This document shows positions 30,538 through 40,165 of a stretch of 64,000 bases of DNA, piece by piece. The position numbers were made by a program, and so were the translations under genes. Position 1 is the stretch's first letter. The number at the start of each line of letters is the position of its first letter. The notes beneath the pieces are model-generated. The model saw only the letters and a program-made list of their open reading frames with translations, was not told the origin of the DNA and made no database searches. This DNA is from Lachnospiraceae bacterium UBA3273 (lineage in GTDB: Bacteria > Bacillota > Clostridia > Lachnospirales > Lachnospiraceae): NCBI GenBank assembly GCA_002362385.1, contig DEUB01000042.1, forward strand, positions 14,033 to 78,032. The letters run 5' to 3'.

Positions 30538-32358
30538 CTAAGCTCTTTCCTTCTGCAAAACCTCCAAAAACCGCTCCCCGTACTTCAGGTACTTCACTTC
30601 CCCGACTCCAATAACGGCAAGCATCTCCTCTTTCGTCCCGGGAAGCTTGGCACACATATCCACCAATGTTTTGTCGGAAAAGACAATATAAGGCGGCATA
30701 TGCTCTTCCCTGGCGATCTCTAAACGGAGCTGACGCAGCTTTTCAAATAAGCCGGGGCTTCCGCTCTTTACCCTTGCCCCCGCTTTTGATGGCTTTTGTT
30801 CAATATTGATCGAAACCTTGGGCACCTTCATGGTCAAATGCTCCCCGCCCCATATATAGTCTTCCGCCGCACCGGTCAGCTTCAGTATGGGATATTGGTC
30901 TTTTGTGGTACAGGCAATATTCGAAATGATCATCTGATGAATGATCTGCTTCAGATAATCCTTATTCGCTCCCTTTTCTTTCCCATAGCTGTCTAAGCGG
31001 TCAAAGTGATAGGAGAGAAGTTTTGCATTTTTTTCTCCCCGCAATATGCCCACGATCATGTTAATGCCGAAACGCTGTCGGGTCTCCATGATGCAGTTGA
31101 TTACATGGAGACATTCTTTGGTAACATCCTTTTCTTCAAATTCCCTAAGGCAATTGGAACAGTTTCCGCAGCCATCCTTCGCCTCTTCGCCAAAATACCG
31201 CAGAATATACCCCCGCAGACAATCCTTTGACATGCAGTAATCCGTCATCTGCCGTAGCTTCAGGGCGTCCCGCTCCCGCAGGGCATAAGCCTCCCTTTCG
31301 TCTATTTCCGCCCTTACTTCTTTACTGTCGATCAAAAACTGGTTGACGACCACATCCTGGGGAGAATAGAGAAGAATACAGTCAGCATTTTCTCCGTCCC
31401 GTCCGGCCCTTCCCGCCTCCTGATAATAGTTTTCCATGCTCTGGGGCATATTATAATGAATGACAAAGCGGACATTTGATTTGTCTATCCCCATTCCGAA
31501 AGCATTGGTGGCAACGATCAAAGGCCTGTTATCAAAAATAAAATCATCCTGGTTTTTCTTTCGTTCCTCATTATTCATTCCCGCATGATATTTTGCCACG
31601 GAATATCCATATTTCACGAGAAGTTCAAAGACCGCATCCACATTTTTGCGGGTAGCGCAGTAAATGATACCGCTTTCCCCGGCGTGTCTTCTCAGGTAAT
31701 TAAGAAGCTCTGCATCCTTTTTTCCGGATTCCTTTACCTCAAAATACAGATTCTTCCTGTCAAAACCGGTAACCAGCACCTTGGGACTTACCAGGCCTAA
31801 AACATTTATGATATCTTCCTTTACCTTTTCCGTCGCTGTGGCAGTAAAAGCGCTGATAACGGGGCGGCGCGGCAGACAACGGACAAGCTTCAGAATATTC
31901 AAATAACTGGGCCTGAAATCCTGCCCCCACTGGGAAATACAATGGGCTTCATCCACTGTTACCATGGAAATATCCGTGTGCACGGCAAAATCACGGAACA
32001 GGGAAGATTCCAGCCGTTCCGGCGCCACGTAAATGATCTTATATTGTCCGCATCTGGCATTATAAAGAGCCTTTGAGATTTGACTTTCCGTTAGAGAACT
32101 GTTGATATATGCCGCATGAACGCCGGCTTCGTTTAATGCCCTGACCTGATCCTTCATAAGGGAGATCAGAGGAGAGATCACTATGGTAATGCCGGGAAGC
32201 ATCAGGGCGGGAATCTGGTAGCAGACAGATTTACCCGCTCCGGTAGGCATGATGCCCAGCACATCCTTTCCCGCCAATATGCCCCGGATTAACACCTCCT
32301 GGCCCTCCCTGAAGGAATCATAGCCGAAGTATTTCTTTAATATCTGAACAGGCTGCAT
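30538..32358 (-). CDS. recQ: ATP-dependent DNA helicase RecQ
   Basis: FGY..FR.GQ, PTGAGKS, DEAHC, QEAGRAGRDG, Zn-binding Cys cluster, RQC and HRDC domains. Confidence 0.95.
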   Translation of the reverse strand: MQPVQILKKYFGYDSFREGQEVLIRGILAGKDVLGIMPTGAGKSVCYQIPALMLPGITIVISPLISLMKDQVRALNEAGVHAAYINSSLTESQISKALYNARCGQYKIIYVAPERLESSLFRDFAVHTDISMVTVDEAHCISQWGQDFRPSYLNILKLVRCLPRRPVISAFTATATEKVKEDIINVLGLVSPKVLVTGFDRKNLYFEVKESGKKDAELLNYLRRHAGESGIIYCATRKNVDAVFELLVKYGYSVAKYHAGMNNEERKKNQDDFIFDNRPLIVATNAFGMGIDKSNVRFVIHYNMPQSMENYYQEAGRAGRDGENADCILLYSPQDVVVNQFLIDSKEVRAEIDEREAYALRERDALKLRQMTDYCMSKDCLRGYILRYFGEEAKDGCGNCSNCLREFEEKDVTKECLHVINCIMETRQRFGINMIVGILRGEKNAKLLSYHFDRLDSYGKEKGANKDYLKQIIHQMIISNIACTTKDQYPILKLTGAAEDYIWGGEHLTMKVPKVSINIEQKPSKAGARVKSGSPGLFEKLRQLRLEIAREEHMPPYIVFSDKTLVDMCAKLPGTKEEMLAVIGVGEVKYLKYGERFLEVLQKERA

Positions 32359-32705
32359 TAAAGCTTTTCCTCCCATTCCTTTTCCTTAAATCCAATGAGC
32401 ACAAAATCATCGCCCACAAGCAACGGCCTTTTTACCAGCATGCCGTCCGAGGCAAGAAGGCGGTACTGCTCCTCCTCGCTCATGCCGGGAAGCTTGTCCT
32501 TAAGCTGCATTTCTTTATACAGCAGACCGCTTGTATTAAAAAACTTCTTTAATGGCTGTCCGCTGAGCTTATGCCATTTTTTAAGTTCCTCACAGCCGGG
32601 ATTTTCTTCCTTTATATGACGGTCATCATAAGCGATCTTCTTTTCATCCAGCCATTTTTTTGCCTTCTGGCAGGTAGTGCATTTGGGATATTGTATAAAT
32701 AACAT
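32358..32705 (-). CDS. ArsC/Spx family protein
   Basis: YPKCTTCQKA, LVKRP. Confidence 0.9.
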   Translation of the reverse strand: MLFIQYPKCTTCQKAKKWLDEKKIAYDDRHIKEENPGCEELKKWHKLSGQPLKKFFNTSGLLYKEMQLKDKLPGMSEEEQYRLLASDGMLVKRPLLVGDDFVLIGFKEKEWEEKL

Positions 32706-32719
32706 ATTTTTTCTCCTCT

Positions 32720-33487
32720 TTATCTATAATTTTCCCGCTTCGGGTCCAAAACCCTCGGAAACTGTTTCTCGGAAAATAATTCCATCATGGCGTCAAAGCC
32801 TTCCTCCAGTTTAAATTCGATCTCTTCCTTATACATGGGAATTGCCCAGAGGAAATTAATTTTAGTCCCGTCCTTACAGATCAGGTTATCTACACCGGGG
32901 TAAGCAGGCCCTAAGGGAATCGGCGGGAGAAAGAAAAATCCACTCATCTTTGTCCCCTCTCCCAAAGGCGCATATTCCGGCCCGTTCGGAAGAGTATGCC
33001 CCGTTCCCAGCCAGGTATGATATACATGGGGAAACCTTGCCAGAAACTTTATCCAGTAAATGGGCCAGTAATATTCCTGTCCGATTTGGGAAGGATCTTC
33101 CCCTACCTGCCCCAGTTCCCAGTCTCCCGGCAGATACATTAACAGCTCCGCCCTGTTATACTCCTTCGGGTTCCGGCTCCCGTCCGGGAGATCCATGGGC
33201 AGATCGCTCATGCCGCTGGTCCAAAGCACATAATAATCCCGTTCCCCTTCCGGCGGTATCACATTTACATCAATATGCACAATATCGGAAACTATTTCAT
33301 GATAAACATAAGGCTCTTTTTCTTTGCATGGATATATCTTATCGATATGGGCCTGAATTTCATCCAGATATACGCCAGCCTGAGCCGGCGGCGTCCACTC
33401 CCTGCGTTCCTCATCTCCATAGCTGATAACATCCACCTTTGTTCCGTCTTTAGAGACCTTCTTTTTACGGTTAAAAATAAATCCCAT
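32720..33487 (-). CDS. suppressor-of-fused (SUFU) domain protein
   Basis: HEI.SD.VHIDV, T.GMSD.PM, RAEL, LARFPH, W...GHT, P.Y.EE. Confidence 0.82.
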   Translation of the reverse strand: MGFIFNRKKKVSKDGTKVDVISYGDEERREWTPPAQAGVYLDEIQAHIDKIYPCKEKEPYVYHEIVSDIVHIDVNVIPPEGERDYYVLWTSGMSDLPMDLPDGSRNPKEYNRAELLMYLPGDWELGQVGEDPSQIGQEYYWPIYWIKFLARFPHVYHTWLGTGHTLPNGPEYAPLGEGTKMSGFFFLPPIPLGPAYPGVDNLICKDGTKINFLWAIPMYKEEIEFKLEEGFDAMMELFSEKQFPRVLDPKRENYR

Positions 33488-33559
33488 TGATTCCATCCTT
33501 TCTCTTTGTATGATTTCCCCGATATCAATTTTCTTTTATTCTTGCAAGCATCCCGGGCG

Positions 33560-35461
33560 TTATCTCTCCTGCCGCCTGCTGCGTTGAATAAATCCCACAA
33601 AATCCCCGGCAGGAAGGGGTCTGGAAAAATAATAGCCCTGAACATAATTTATTCCCAGATCTTTCATCGTATCGTACTGCTCTTTGGTTTCGATTCCTTC
33701 CGCCACGATCTTTAAACGCATTCCATGGATCATATGCATCGCCGCGTCCATGACATATTTTGCCTTACCGTTTTCAAAATAAGCAGAGATCATGCTTCGG
33801 TCAAATTTTACAATGTTAACGGGCATTTCCACAATATAATTTAAATTAGACTGCCCTGTCCCGAAATCATCCAGGGAAAATGTGATCCCGTAATCCATAA
33901 GCTTTCTGATGTTCTCCAAAAAAATTTTCTTGGAGCTGACAGAAGCAGACTCGGTAATTTCCAGATTTACCCAGGAGGGATCGATTTCATATTGTTCCAT
34001 GATCCTGATAAAACTCTCAGCCAGATGCTCGTAGGTACACTGTACGGCAGAAAGATTAACCTCTATATAATGCAGTCCAAGCTGTTTGGGATGATTTTCC
34101 TGTAAAAAACCGCACACCTTTTCAAATACGATCTCTCCCAGCCGGATGATCATCCCGTTCTTTTCGGCCACATTGATAAAAGTATTTGGCAGCACGATCT
34201 GATCTGACGCATCTTTAATCCTCATCAAAGCTTCTGCTGAAGTAAAACGCTGTTCCCCGGTGGCAAAAATCGGCTGATAATAAACCTCCACCCTGTCATT
34301 GTCTATTGCATTTACCAACAGCTGTTCCGTCTTCCTTTCATCGTACATGCGCCCTGCAAGAGTCTTATCAAGAACCACTGTATTATCCTCCGCAAAGTCC
34401 CTGCTGTTCTGCCTCGCATATCTTAAAAGATATGAAATATCCTCCGGTTTATTTACCACATAAGCATCCGGCAGAAACATCCAGGAAGGATTCACAAAAA
34501 TATCTCCTTCTTCTCCCCAGCCGAATTCAAACCGGTTCTTTAACATTTCCCGGCACTTTTCCGCCTTTTCCCTGTCCCGGAATAGAATAATGACTTCATC
34601 CTCTGCATTTTTAAAAGCATAAGTCTCCGGAATACTAAGAATAAAAATGATAACCTCCATCTTGACCTGCTGTTCCACTTCCGCAGTCATATTGCTGACA
34701 CGGGAACGTGAAAAAATAAGGGACAACAGAGAAAACTCCGCTCTCTTCCCATAAAGCTCGGCCGTATACTGCTGCAGGGTGTTCTGATTATACAGTCCCG
34801 TCTGCCGGTCCAGATTGGTTTCCGGATTTTCCAGCAATAAATAAATGATCATGACCGCAACAGCGCCTACATAACCCACAATAAGCAGTTCTTTAAACAG
34901 AAACTGGATAAACGCCGCTGACATCCAGAGGGCGATCCAGATATGTACCGCTTCCCGCCTTCTGGGATTCATCTCCTTTTTGTGCCGTTCCATCAAAACC
35001 ACTGTCGCCGCAAAAAAGAACAGTGTAAAAGCATAAGTAGCAAGGGCGCTAGGGCCTGAAGTATACATGACATCTTCATTTAGACAGGTTTTATCAATCG
35101 GCAGAATAAATATCAGCACAATGCCGGCTGCCGCCACAATGCAGTAAGCTCCGGTTACTTTCCGATAGCGGGAGCTTTCTTTATAAATGTCCACACAGAC
35201 ATACAGCACACCGCTCAATGCTACCAGCACCAGAGTGGAAATATATAGTTTACATGAGAAATCAACCAGCCAGAGCGGCAGGCTGTCCATATGGGTAAGA
35301 GCTGCCAGAGAAAGAATATCCGTAACCAGCCCTGTCATGATAATACAAAACATTCTCAAAAATACTTTTTCTGTATTCAGTCGGATTTTTTTCTGTCGGC
35401 CGTAAAAGTACAAAATAACCAGCATCAGAACAATCCCGCAGCATTGTACTTTAATATTCAT
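33560..35461 (-). CDS. membrane-anchored EAL domain phosphodiesterase
   Basis: about 7 N-terminal TM, degenerate GGDEF-like segment, EALMR, EITES, LDDFGTG, QGYYF. Confidence 0.88.
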   Translation of the reverse strand: MNIKVQCCGIVLMLVILYFYGRQKKIRLNTEKVFLRMFCIIMTGLVTDILSLAALTHMDSLPLWLVDFSCKLYISTLVLVALSGVLYVCVDIYKESSRYRKVTGAYCIVAAAGIVLIFILPIDKTCLNEDVMYTSGPSALATYAFTLFFFAATVVLMERHKKEMNPRRREAVHIWIALWMSAAFIQFLFKELLIVGYVGAVAVMIIYLLLENPETNLDRQTGLYNQNTLQQYTAELYGKRAEFSLLSLIFSRSRVSNMTAEVEQQVKMEVIIFILSIPETYAFKNAEDEVIILFRDREKAEKCREMLKNRFEFGWGEEGDIFVNPSWMFLPDAYVVNKPEDISYLLRYARQNSRDFAEDNTVVLDKTLAGRMYDERKTEQLLVNAIDNDRVEVYYQPIFATGEQRFTSAEALMRIKDASDQIVLPNTFINVAEKNGMIIRLGEIVFEKVCGFLQENHPKQLGLHYIEVNLSAVQCTYEHLAESFIRIMEQYEIDPSWVNLEITESASVSSKKIFLENIRKLMDYGITFSLDDFGTGQSNLNYIVEMPVNIVKFDRSMISAYFENGKAKYVMDAAMHMIHGMRLKIVAEGIETKEQYDTMKDLGINYVQGYYFSRPLPAGDFVGFIQRSRRQER

Positions 35462-35695
35462 TGTTGCTCCCTCTTAATTCTGATTTTGCCAAATTACCTC
35501 TTCCCGATTGGCACAGACAGAATATGCCGCATTGAAGGACTGGTAATTTATAGGTGTTATTTTACTATAGAAATCCCTGCAAAACAAGGCAATTTGCCCT
35601 CTTTTGATTTTTTGCCTTGTATTTTTGGTCACGTCATGGCATAATTACATTCATATACGAAAAAGAGACATATGTAATGTAGAAAGGACGTAAAA

Positions 35696-37051
35696 ATGGA
35701 AAAAAAGAGAGGTGCATTTTCCAATAAGCTGGGGTTCGTTCTTGCGGCTGCCGGCTCTGCAGTAGGCTTGGGAAATCTTTGGAGGTTCCCCTATCTGGCC
35801 GCAAAATACGGAGGCGGTATTTTTATACTGATCTATCTGATCCTCGCCGTTACCCTTGGCTTTACTCTGATGATCACAGAGATTGCCCTTGGAAGAAACA
35901 CAAGATTGAGCGCTGTAGGCGCCTTCAAAAAACTGGATAAACGTTTTGGCTTTGTGGGCTATCTTGCCTGTGCGGTCCCGTTTATCATTACTCCCTACTA
36001 TTGCGTCATAGGCGGCTGGGTCATCAAATATCTGATAACCTTTATCAGCGGAAACGTGACTGCCGCTGCAGGCGATGAATATTTTACCGGATTCATTACG
36101 GAACCCGTACAGCCGGTAGTCTGGTTTGCGGTTTTTGTTCTCCTTACCTCTCTGGTAGTTATTATCGGCGTGGAAAAGGGAATTGAAAAGGCCAGCTGCA
36201 TCCTTATGCCTATTTTGGTCATCCTGACCATCGGTATTGCCGTATTTTGCATTACCCGGCCCGGGGCATTGGAAGGCGTAAAATATTATCTGCTTCCTGA
36301 CCTTAATCATTTTTCTCCCACAACGGTTTTGGCGGCAATGGGGCAGTTATTCTACTCTATGTCCCTGGCTATGGGAATTATGATCACTTACGGTTCCTAT
36401 ATGAAAAAAGATGTCAGTCTGGAAAAATCCGTACGCCAGATCGAGATATTTGACACGGCAATCGCTTTTTTTGCCGGTCTGATGATCGTACCTTCCGTAT
36501 TCGTTTTCTCCGGCGGAAACGAAGAAGCGCTGAGCAAGGGACCATCCTTAATGTTCATTACCCTTCCCAAGGTATTTGACAGCATGAAGCTGGGCGGTTT
36601 TATCGGAGCGGTATTTTTTATCCTGGTTCTGTTCGCTGCGCTGACCTCCGCCATTTCATTAATGGAAACCAACGTATCTATTTTGGATGACAAGCTGAAA
36701 TGGGGCCGTAAGAAGACAACGATCATCGTAACCGTCTACGTTCTGATCGTAGGCGCAATCGTATCCTTAGGCTTTGGCGTCTTAGATTTTATCCAGATTA
36801 TCGGAATGGGACTTTTGGATTTCTTTGATTTCCTCAGCAACAGCGTGCTCATGCCTATTGTAGCGATACTGACCTGCATCAGCATCGGATATTTTATTAA
36901 ACCTCAGGTCATTTATGATGAGATAGAAACAAACGGTCCTTTTAAGATGAAAAAATTTTATACCGTTATGTTGAAATGGATCGCCCCCATCTGTCTGGTT
37001 TTAATATTAGCCTTTGCTATTTCAGAAGCCATGGGATGGATCAAAGTATGA
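35696..37051 (+). CDS. sodium-dependent transporter (NSS/SNF family)
   Basis: AGSAVGLGNLWRFPY, GGG.F, GQ.FYS.S. Confidence 0.93.
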   Translation: MEKKRGAFSNKLGFVLAAAGSAVGLGNLWRFPYLAAKYGGGIFILIYLILAVTLGFTLMITEIALGRNTRLSAVGAFKKLDKRFGFVGYLACAVPFIITPYYCVIGGWVIKYLITFISGNVTAAAGDEYFTGFITEPVQPVVWFAVFVLLTSLVVIIGVEKGIEKASCILMPILVILTIGIAVFCITRPGALEGVKYYLLPDLNHFSPTTVLAAMGQLFYSMSLAMGIMITYGSYMKKDVSLEKSVRQIEIFDTAIAFFAGLMIVPSVFVFSGGNEEALSKGPSLMFITLPKVFDSMKLGGFIGAVFFILVLFAALTSAISLMETNVSILDDKLKWGRKKTTIIVTVYVLIVGAIVSLGFGVLDFIQIIGMGLLDFFDFLSNSVLMPIVAILTCISIGYFIKPQVIYDEIETNGPFKMKKFYTVMLKWIAPICLVLILAFAISEAMGWIKV

Positions 37052-37056
37052 TTCAG

Positions 37057-37097
37057 AATCTCCCCAAAAGGATAGTTTTCCTTTTTGGGGAGATTTT
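37057..37097. terminator. bidirectional intrinsic terminator
   Basis: AATCTCCCCAAAAGG/CCTTTTTGGGGAGATT stem with T run. Confidence 0.75.
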
Positions 37098-37126
37098 CTT
37101 TTTTATGACGCTTTCTTTATTTTCAT

Positions 37127-37507
37127 TCATTTTGGCTTCCGTTTTTTATTCTTAGGGGCACCCTTGTTTCCGATACACAGATCGTAGCTTTCCCCTATCA
37201 TCCTGTGGATCTCCTCATCGGGAATCGTACCGTCCAAAATAATGGAATTCCAGTGTTCTTTATTCATGTGGTAGGCGGGAAGCACGGATCCATAAGTGCT
37301 TCTCCAAAAATCCCTCCATTCCGGGTCGCATTTCACATTGACCCAGATATGCTCATTTCTTTCATAGATCCATGCAAAAATACGTTTATTGGACTTTATG
37401 CGCATACACGTCCAGTTTGCATCATGGAAAGGATAATCCTCATAGGTATCCTTAAATTTCATGCAGAAATCAACTGCCTGTTTTCTTGTAGTCATTGAAA
37501 ACGCCAT
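37127..37507 (-). CDS. MmcQ/YjbR family DNA-binding protein
   Basis: DYPF, N.KCDP, PAYHMNK.HWNS. Confidence 0.9.
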   Translation of the reverse strand: MAFSMTTRKQAVDFCMKFKDTYEDYPFHDANWTCMRIKSNKRIFAWIYERNEHIWVNVKCDPEWRDFWRSTYGSVLPAYHMNKEHWNSIILDGTIPDEEIHRMIGESYDLCIGNKGAPKNKKRKPK

Positions 37508-37539
37508 ATTTCCTGCTCCTTTGCTCTTTTCAAAATTTT

Positions 37540-38133
37540 CTATTCTCCTTTAACAGAGGCAAATGGGCTGCCCTTTATAACATATCTCCACAAAAAATCC
37601 TTTGCCTCTTCTGCATAATCCACATTGATCCGTTTAGTCTTAAGAATATCCTCCGGCGCAACCGGCTCTGCATCCTCCAGATACAGAATATCCCCGCACA
37701 GATCCATTCCGTACTGATCCTTAGTAATCCCCATTGCCTGACAAAGCTTTCCCGGACCGCTGCAGAGATTGCGGAGCTTATCCGTGCCTCTCCTTTTTTT
37801 CATCAGCTCTATACCCTCTACAGGCTCTATGGCGCGCAAAAGCACAGACTCCGGCTCTTTACTGCGCCCGGTCACAATATTCATGCAGTAATACATGCCA
37901 TATATGAAATAAACGTATGCATAGCCGCCTTCCCCAAACTGTATTTTCGTCCTCTCAGTGCACAAGTTGGGATAGGAGTGGGCCGCTTTATCTATGGCTC
38001 CGTTATAAGCCTCCAGTTCCACGATCCTTCCCTTGGTAACGCCTTCCTCGGTCCGGTGCACCAGTATTTTTCCCAGCAGTTTTTCCGACGCCTCTAAAAC
38101 GCCGCAGGTATAAAAGCTTCTGTCCAGTTTCAT
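37540..38133 (-). CDS. DNA-3-methyladenine glycosylase (Mpg/AAG type)
   Basis: LLGK.L, GRIVE.EAY, YVY.IYG..C.N, VLLRA.EP, GPGKLC.A. Confidence 0.92.
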   Translation of the reverse strand: MKLDRSFYTCGVLEASEKLLGKILVHRTEEGVTKGRIVELEAYNGAIDKAAHSYPNLCTERTKIQFGEGGYAYVYFIYGMYYCMNIVTGRSKEPESVLLRAIEPVEGIELMKKRRGTDKLRNLCSGPGKLCQAMGITKDQYGMDLCGDILYLEDAEPVAPEDILKTKRINVDYAEEAKDFLWRYVIKGSPFASVKGE

Positions 38134-38176
38134 TTTTACGTTTCCTCATTTATTATATCGGCCTTTTACAAGCCTT

Positions 38177-38722
38177 TTAATCCCGGGGAACATCATCTAC
38201 CGTATAATAGATTGAAAAATCCCCTTCTCCGTCGGCCCATTGGGTAAACCCGATCTCATCCTTTAAATCTTTTTTCAATATGATCATACTGTTTATGCCC
38301 ACGCTTTTGCTTACCTCATGGGGATGTTCTTTTTCAAATTCCGGATCATGGGACGTATATCCGAGGCTTATACAATACACATCTTCATCAGTAGTCACGA
38401 TAAACTCCTTTTCATAAAAAGATGTGATCATGCCCTTTTCTACGCCTCCGCTGCATTGATATTCCTCAGATCTCCCTTCATAAAATTCCATCAGTTCATC
38501 GATCCATTCATCCAGATCTTCAACATGCTCCACCGTATTATCGGACATAAGGCCCTTTAAAGCATTCGCATCCTCTTCATCAAGCGCTGCCAGTACCTTT
38601 TCGAACATCTCCTCACAATCATTTTTATAGCGTTCATCGTCCCGCCTGGGATCAGTATTTTTGCATCCGCAAAGACAAACGCACAGAACAACGATCCCTA
38701 ATACGATCTTTACACTTTTCAT
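38177..38722 (-). CDS. hypothetical lipoprotein (DUF5104-like)
   Basis: lipobox LCGC; D...LK.LMS motif. Confidence 0.7.
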   Translation of the reverse strand: MKSVKIVLGIVVLCVCLCGCKNTDPRRDDERYKNDCEEMFEKVLAALDEEDANALKGLMSDNTVEHVEDLDEWIDELMEFYEGRSEEYQCSGGVEKGMITSFYEKEFIVTTDEDVYCISLGYTSHDPEFEKEHPHEVSKSVGINSMIILKKDLKDEIGFTQWADGEGDFSIYYTVDDVPRD

Positions 38723-38743
38723 AAGCTTTCCATCCTTATTCAT

Positions 38744-39217
38744 TCAACAATTCGATTTTGACTGATTATTAATTTCTCTTAACTCTTCCACCAATCTCCT
38801 CAAGGCCCCTTCAAATGCCAGATCATCCTCCCTGCTCCGTTTGGACGGCCCTTTTAAATGGTTTTTAGCGGATGCACGCCTTGCTTTTTTGGATAAATGC
38901 CGTTCCATTAAAAGTCTGTCCATATTTTCATCGGTATATCTCCTGCCGGACTGGTGTATGGCGTAAGCTCCTTTCCCAAGGGCCATGGCAGCGACTCCAT
39001 AGTCCTGGGTTACCACAATGTCCCCTTTTTTACAAAGGTTTATCAACGCAAAATCCACCGCATCTGCTCCGGCGCCTATGGTCCTTACCGTGCTGTAATC
39101 GGATTGGAGAATATGGTTGGTGTCACACAATAGGATAACGGGGATTTGATACTCCTTGGCTGTCTTTTCTGTTATTTTTACTACCGGACAGGCGTCGGCG
39201 TCAATGAGAATCTGCAT
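38744..39217 (-). CDS. YaiI/YqxD (UPF0178) family protein
   Basis: ILIDADACPV, ADAVD, VVTQDYG.AA..L. Confidence 0.92.
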   Translation of the reverse strand: MQILIDADACPVVKITEKTAKEYQIPVILLCDTNHILQSDYSTVRTIGAGADAVDFALINLCKKGDIVVTQDYGVAAMALGKGAYAIHQSGRRYTDENMDRLLMERHLSKKARRASAKNHLKGPSKRSREDDLAFEGALRRLVEELREINNQSKSNC

Positions 39218-39236
39218 TTAAAAACCTGCTTTCTTT

Positions 39237-39268
39237 AAAAAATAGCGGAGTTTCCTCCGCCATTTTTT
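39237..39268 (-). terminator. intrinsic terminator after the 41-aa ORF
   Basis: GCGGAG/CTCCGC stem flanked by A and T runs. Confidence 0.7.
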
Positions 39269-39392
39269 AATGTTTTGTTGCTTTATGCACAGCTAATGTT
39301 TTACCTGCTTTGCTCTTAGCACTTTTACTTGATGTGTTAGAAGCAAGGGTTCTACCTGCTTTACCAACTCTGCCACCATGATGTATTGCCAT
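39267..39392 (-). CDS. small basic protein, 41 aa (MAIHHGGRVGKAGRTLASNTSSKSAKSKAGKTLAVHKATKH)
   Basis: AAAGGAGG RBS, ATG 39392, TAA 39267-39269, terminator immediately after; below ORF-track cutoff. Confidence 0.75.
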   Translation of the reverse strand: MAIHHGGRVGKAGRTLASNTSSKSAKSKAGKTLAVHKATKH

Positions 39393-39559
39393 ACCGTTTC
39401 CCTCCTTTGCAATTTATTAACAACTCTTGCAAAAGATTATCTTCTCTGTTATATTTAAATTGCTTATTTTTTAAATGTTGAAAGATAATCTTTTGACATC
39501 AGAACCAGATATCTTATCTGGTTCTATTTATGTAAAGAATAAATTCTGCTACAACATAT

Positions 39560-40165
39560 TTATACTACTGCTTTTTTGCGTTTTATATATTCTTCATATG
39601 TCCTTTCTGGCAGTCGCAAATCATCTTCATACATCTTATCCCACAGTTTTGATGCTGAATCATGAGTAATAATCTTCAGTTCTTCTGCTTTTGCTAATAC
39701 ATCTGCCGTAGTCCATAGAACGATTCCATAACTGTCTACATATGCACTGACATCCTTTAAATTGTTACTTGCCAAGCAAGCAGTCTCCTCTTTTGCATAA
39801 AGCACCATGCTTATAGCCGCTGACTCTCCCTGACCCATATTTTTCTTTAATTCTTCATATCTTATTCCCATATCAGAAAAGGGATCGATATCTCTAATAT
39901 ATACATTTCCCGCACCATGTACTTTTTCTTTTTTATTATTCAGCCGAATAAGTGGAGTTTGCAAACGCTCCCTTGTTCTAATGCTATAGCCCAGTTCTTC
40001 CATCACGGCTTGTGGAACTACTATATCCATTCCCAATTTTTCAAAAAGTCTTGTCACAATTCCAAATTGACCCCTCCATAAGAAACTTGACAAAAAATCT
40101 GTATCGGAAATTACAATTGCACTTTTATCAGACGTATCATTTACTTCTTTACCCTGGCTAGTCAT
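39560..40165 (-). CDS. PIN-domain-like protein
   Basis: IVISDTDFLSSFL, VPQAV.EEL, MG.GES.AI, LASNN..D; AGGAGG RBS before ATG 40165. Confidence 0.72.
   Translation of the reverse strand: MTSQGKEVNDTSDKSAIVISDTDFLSSFLWRGQFGIVTRLFEKLGMDIVVPQAVMEELGYSIRTRERLQTPLIRLNNKKEKVHGAGNVYIRDIDPFSDMGIRYEELKKNMGQGESAAISMVLYAKEETACLASNNLKDVSAYVDSYGIVLWTTADVLAKAEELKIITHDSASKLWDKMYEDDLRLPERTYEEYIKRKKAVV

Noticed and set aside
35462-35695. Riboswitch or T-box upstream of the sodium-dependent transporter
   Set aside because: Only two simple inverted repeats; no T-box AAGGTGGTACC or other aptamer consensus recognised
35651-36310. Long antisense or alternate-frame ORFs (also 37495-38097, 55973-56545, 32950-33426, 21188-21679)
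   Set aside because: They shadow well-supported genes, lack RBS or family motifs, and are expected by chance
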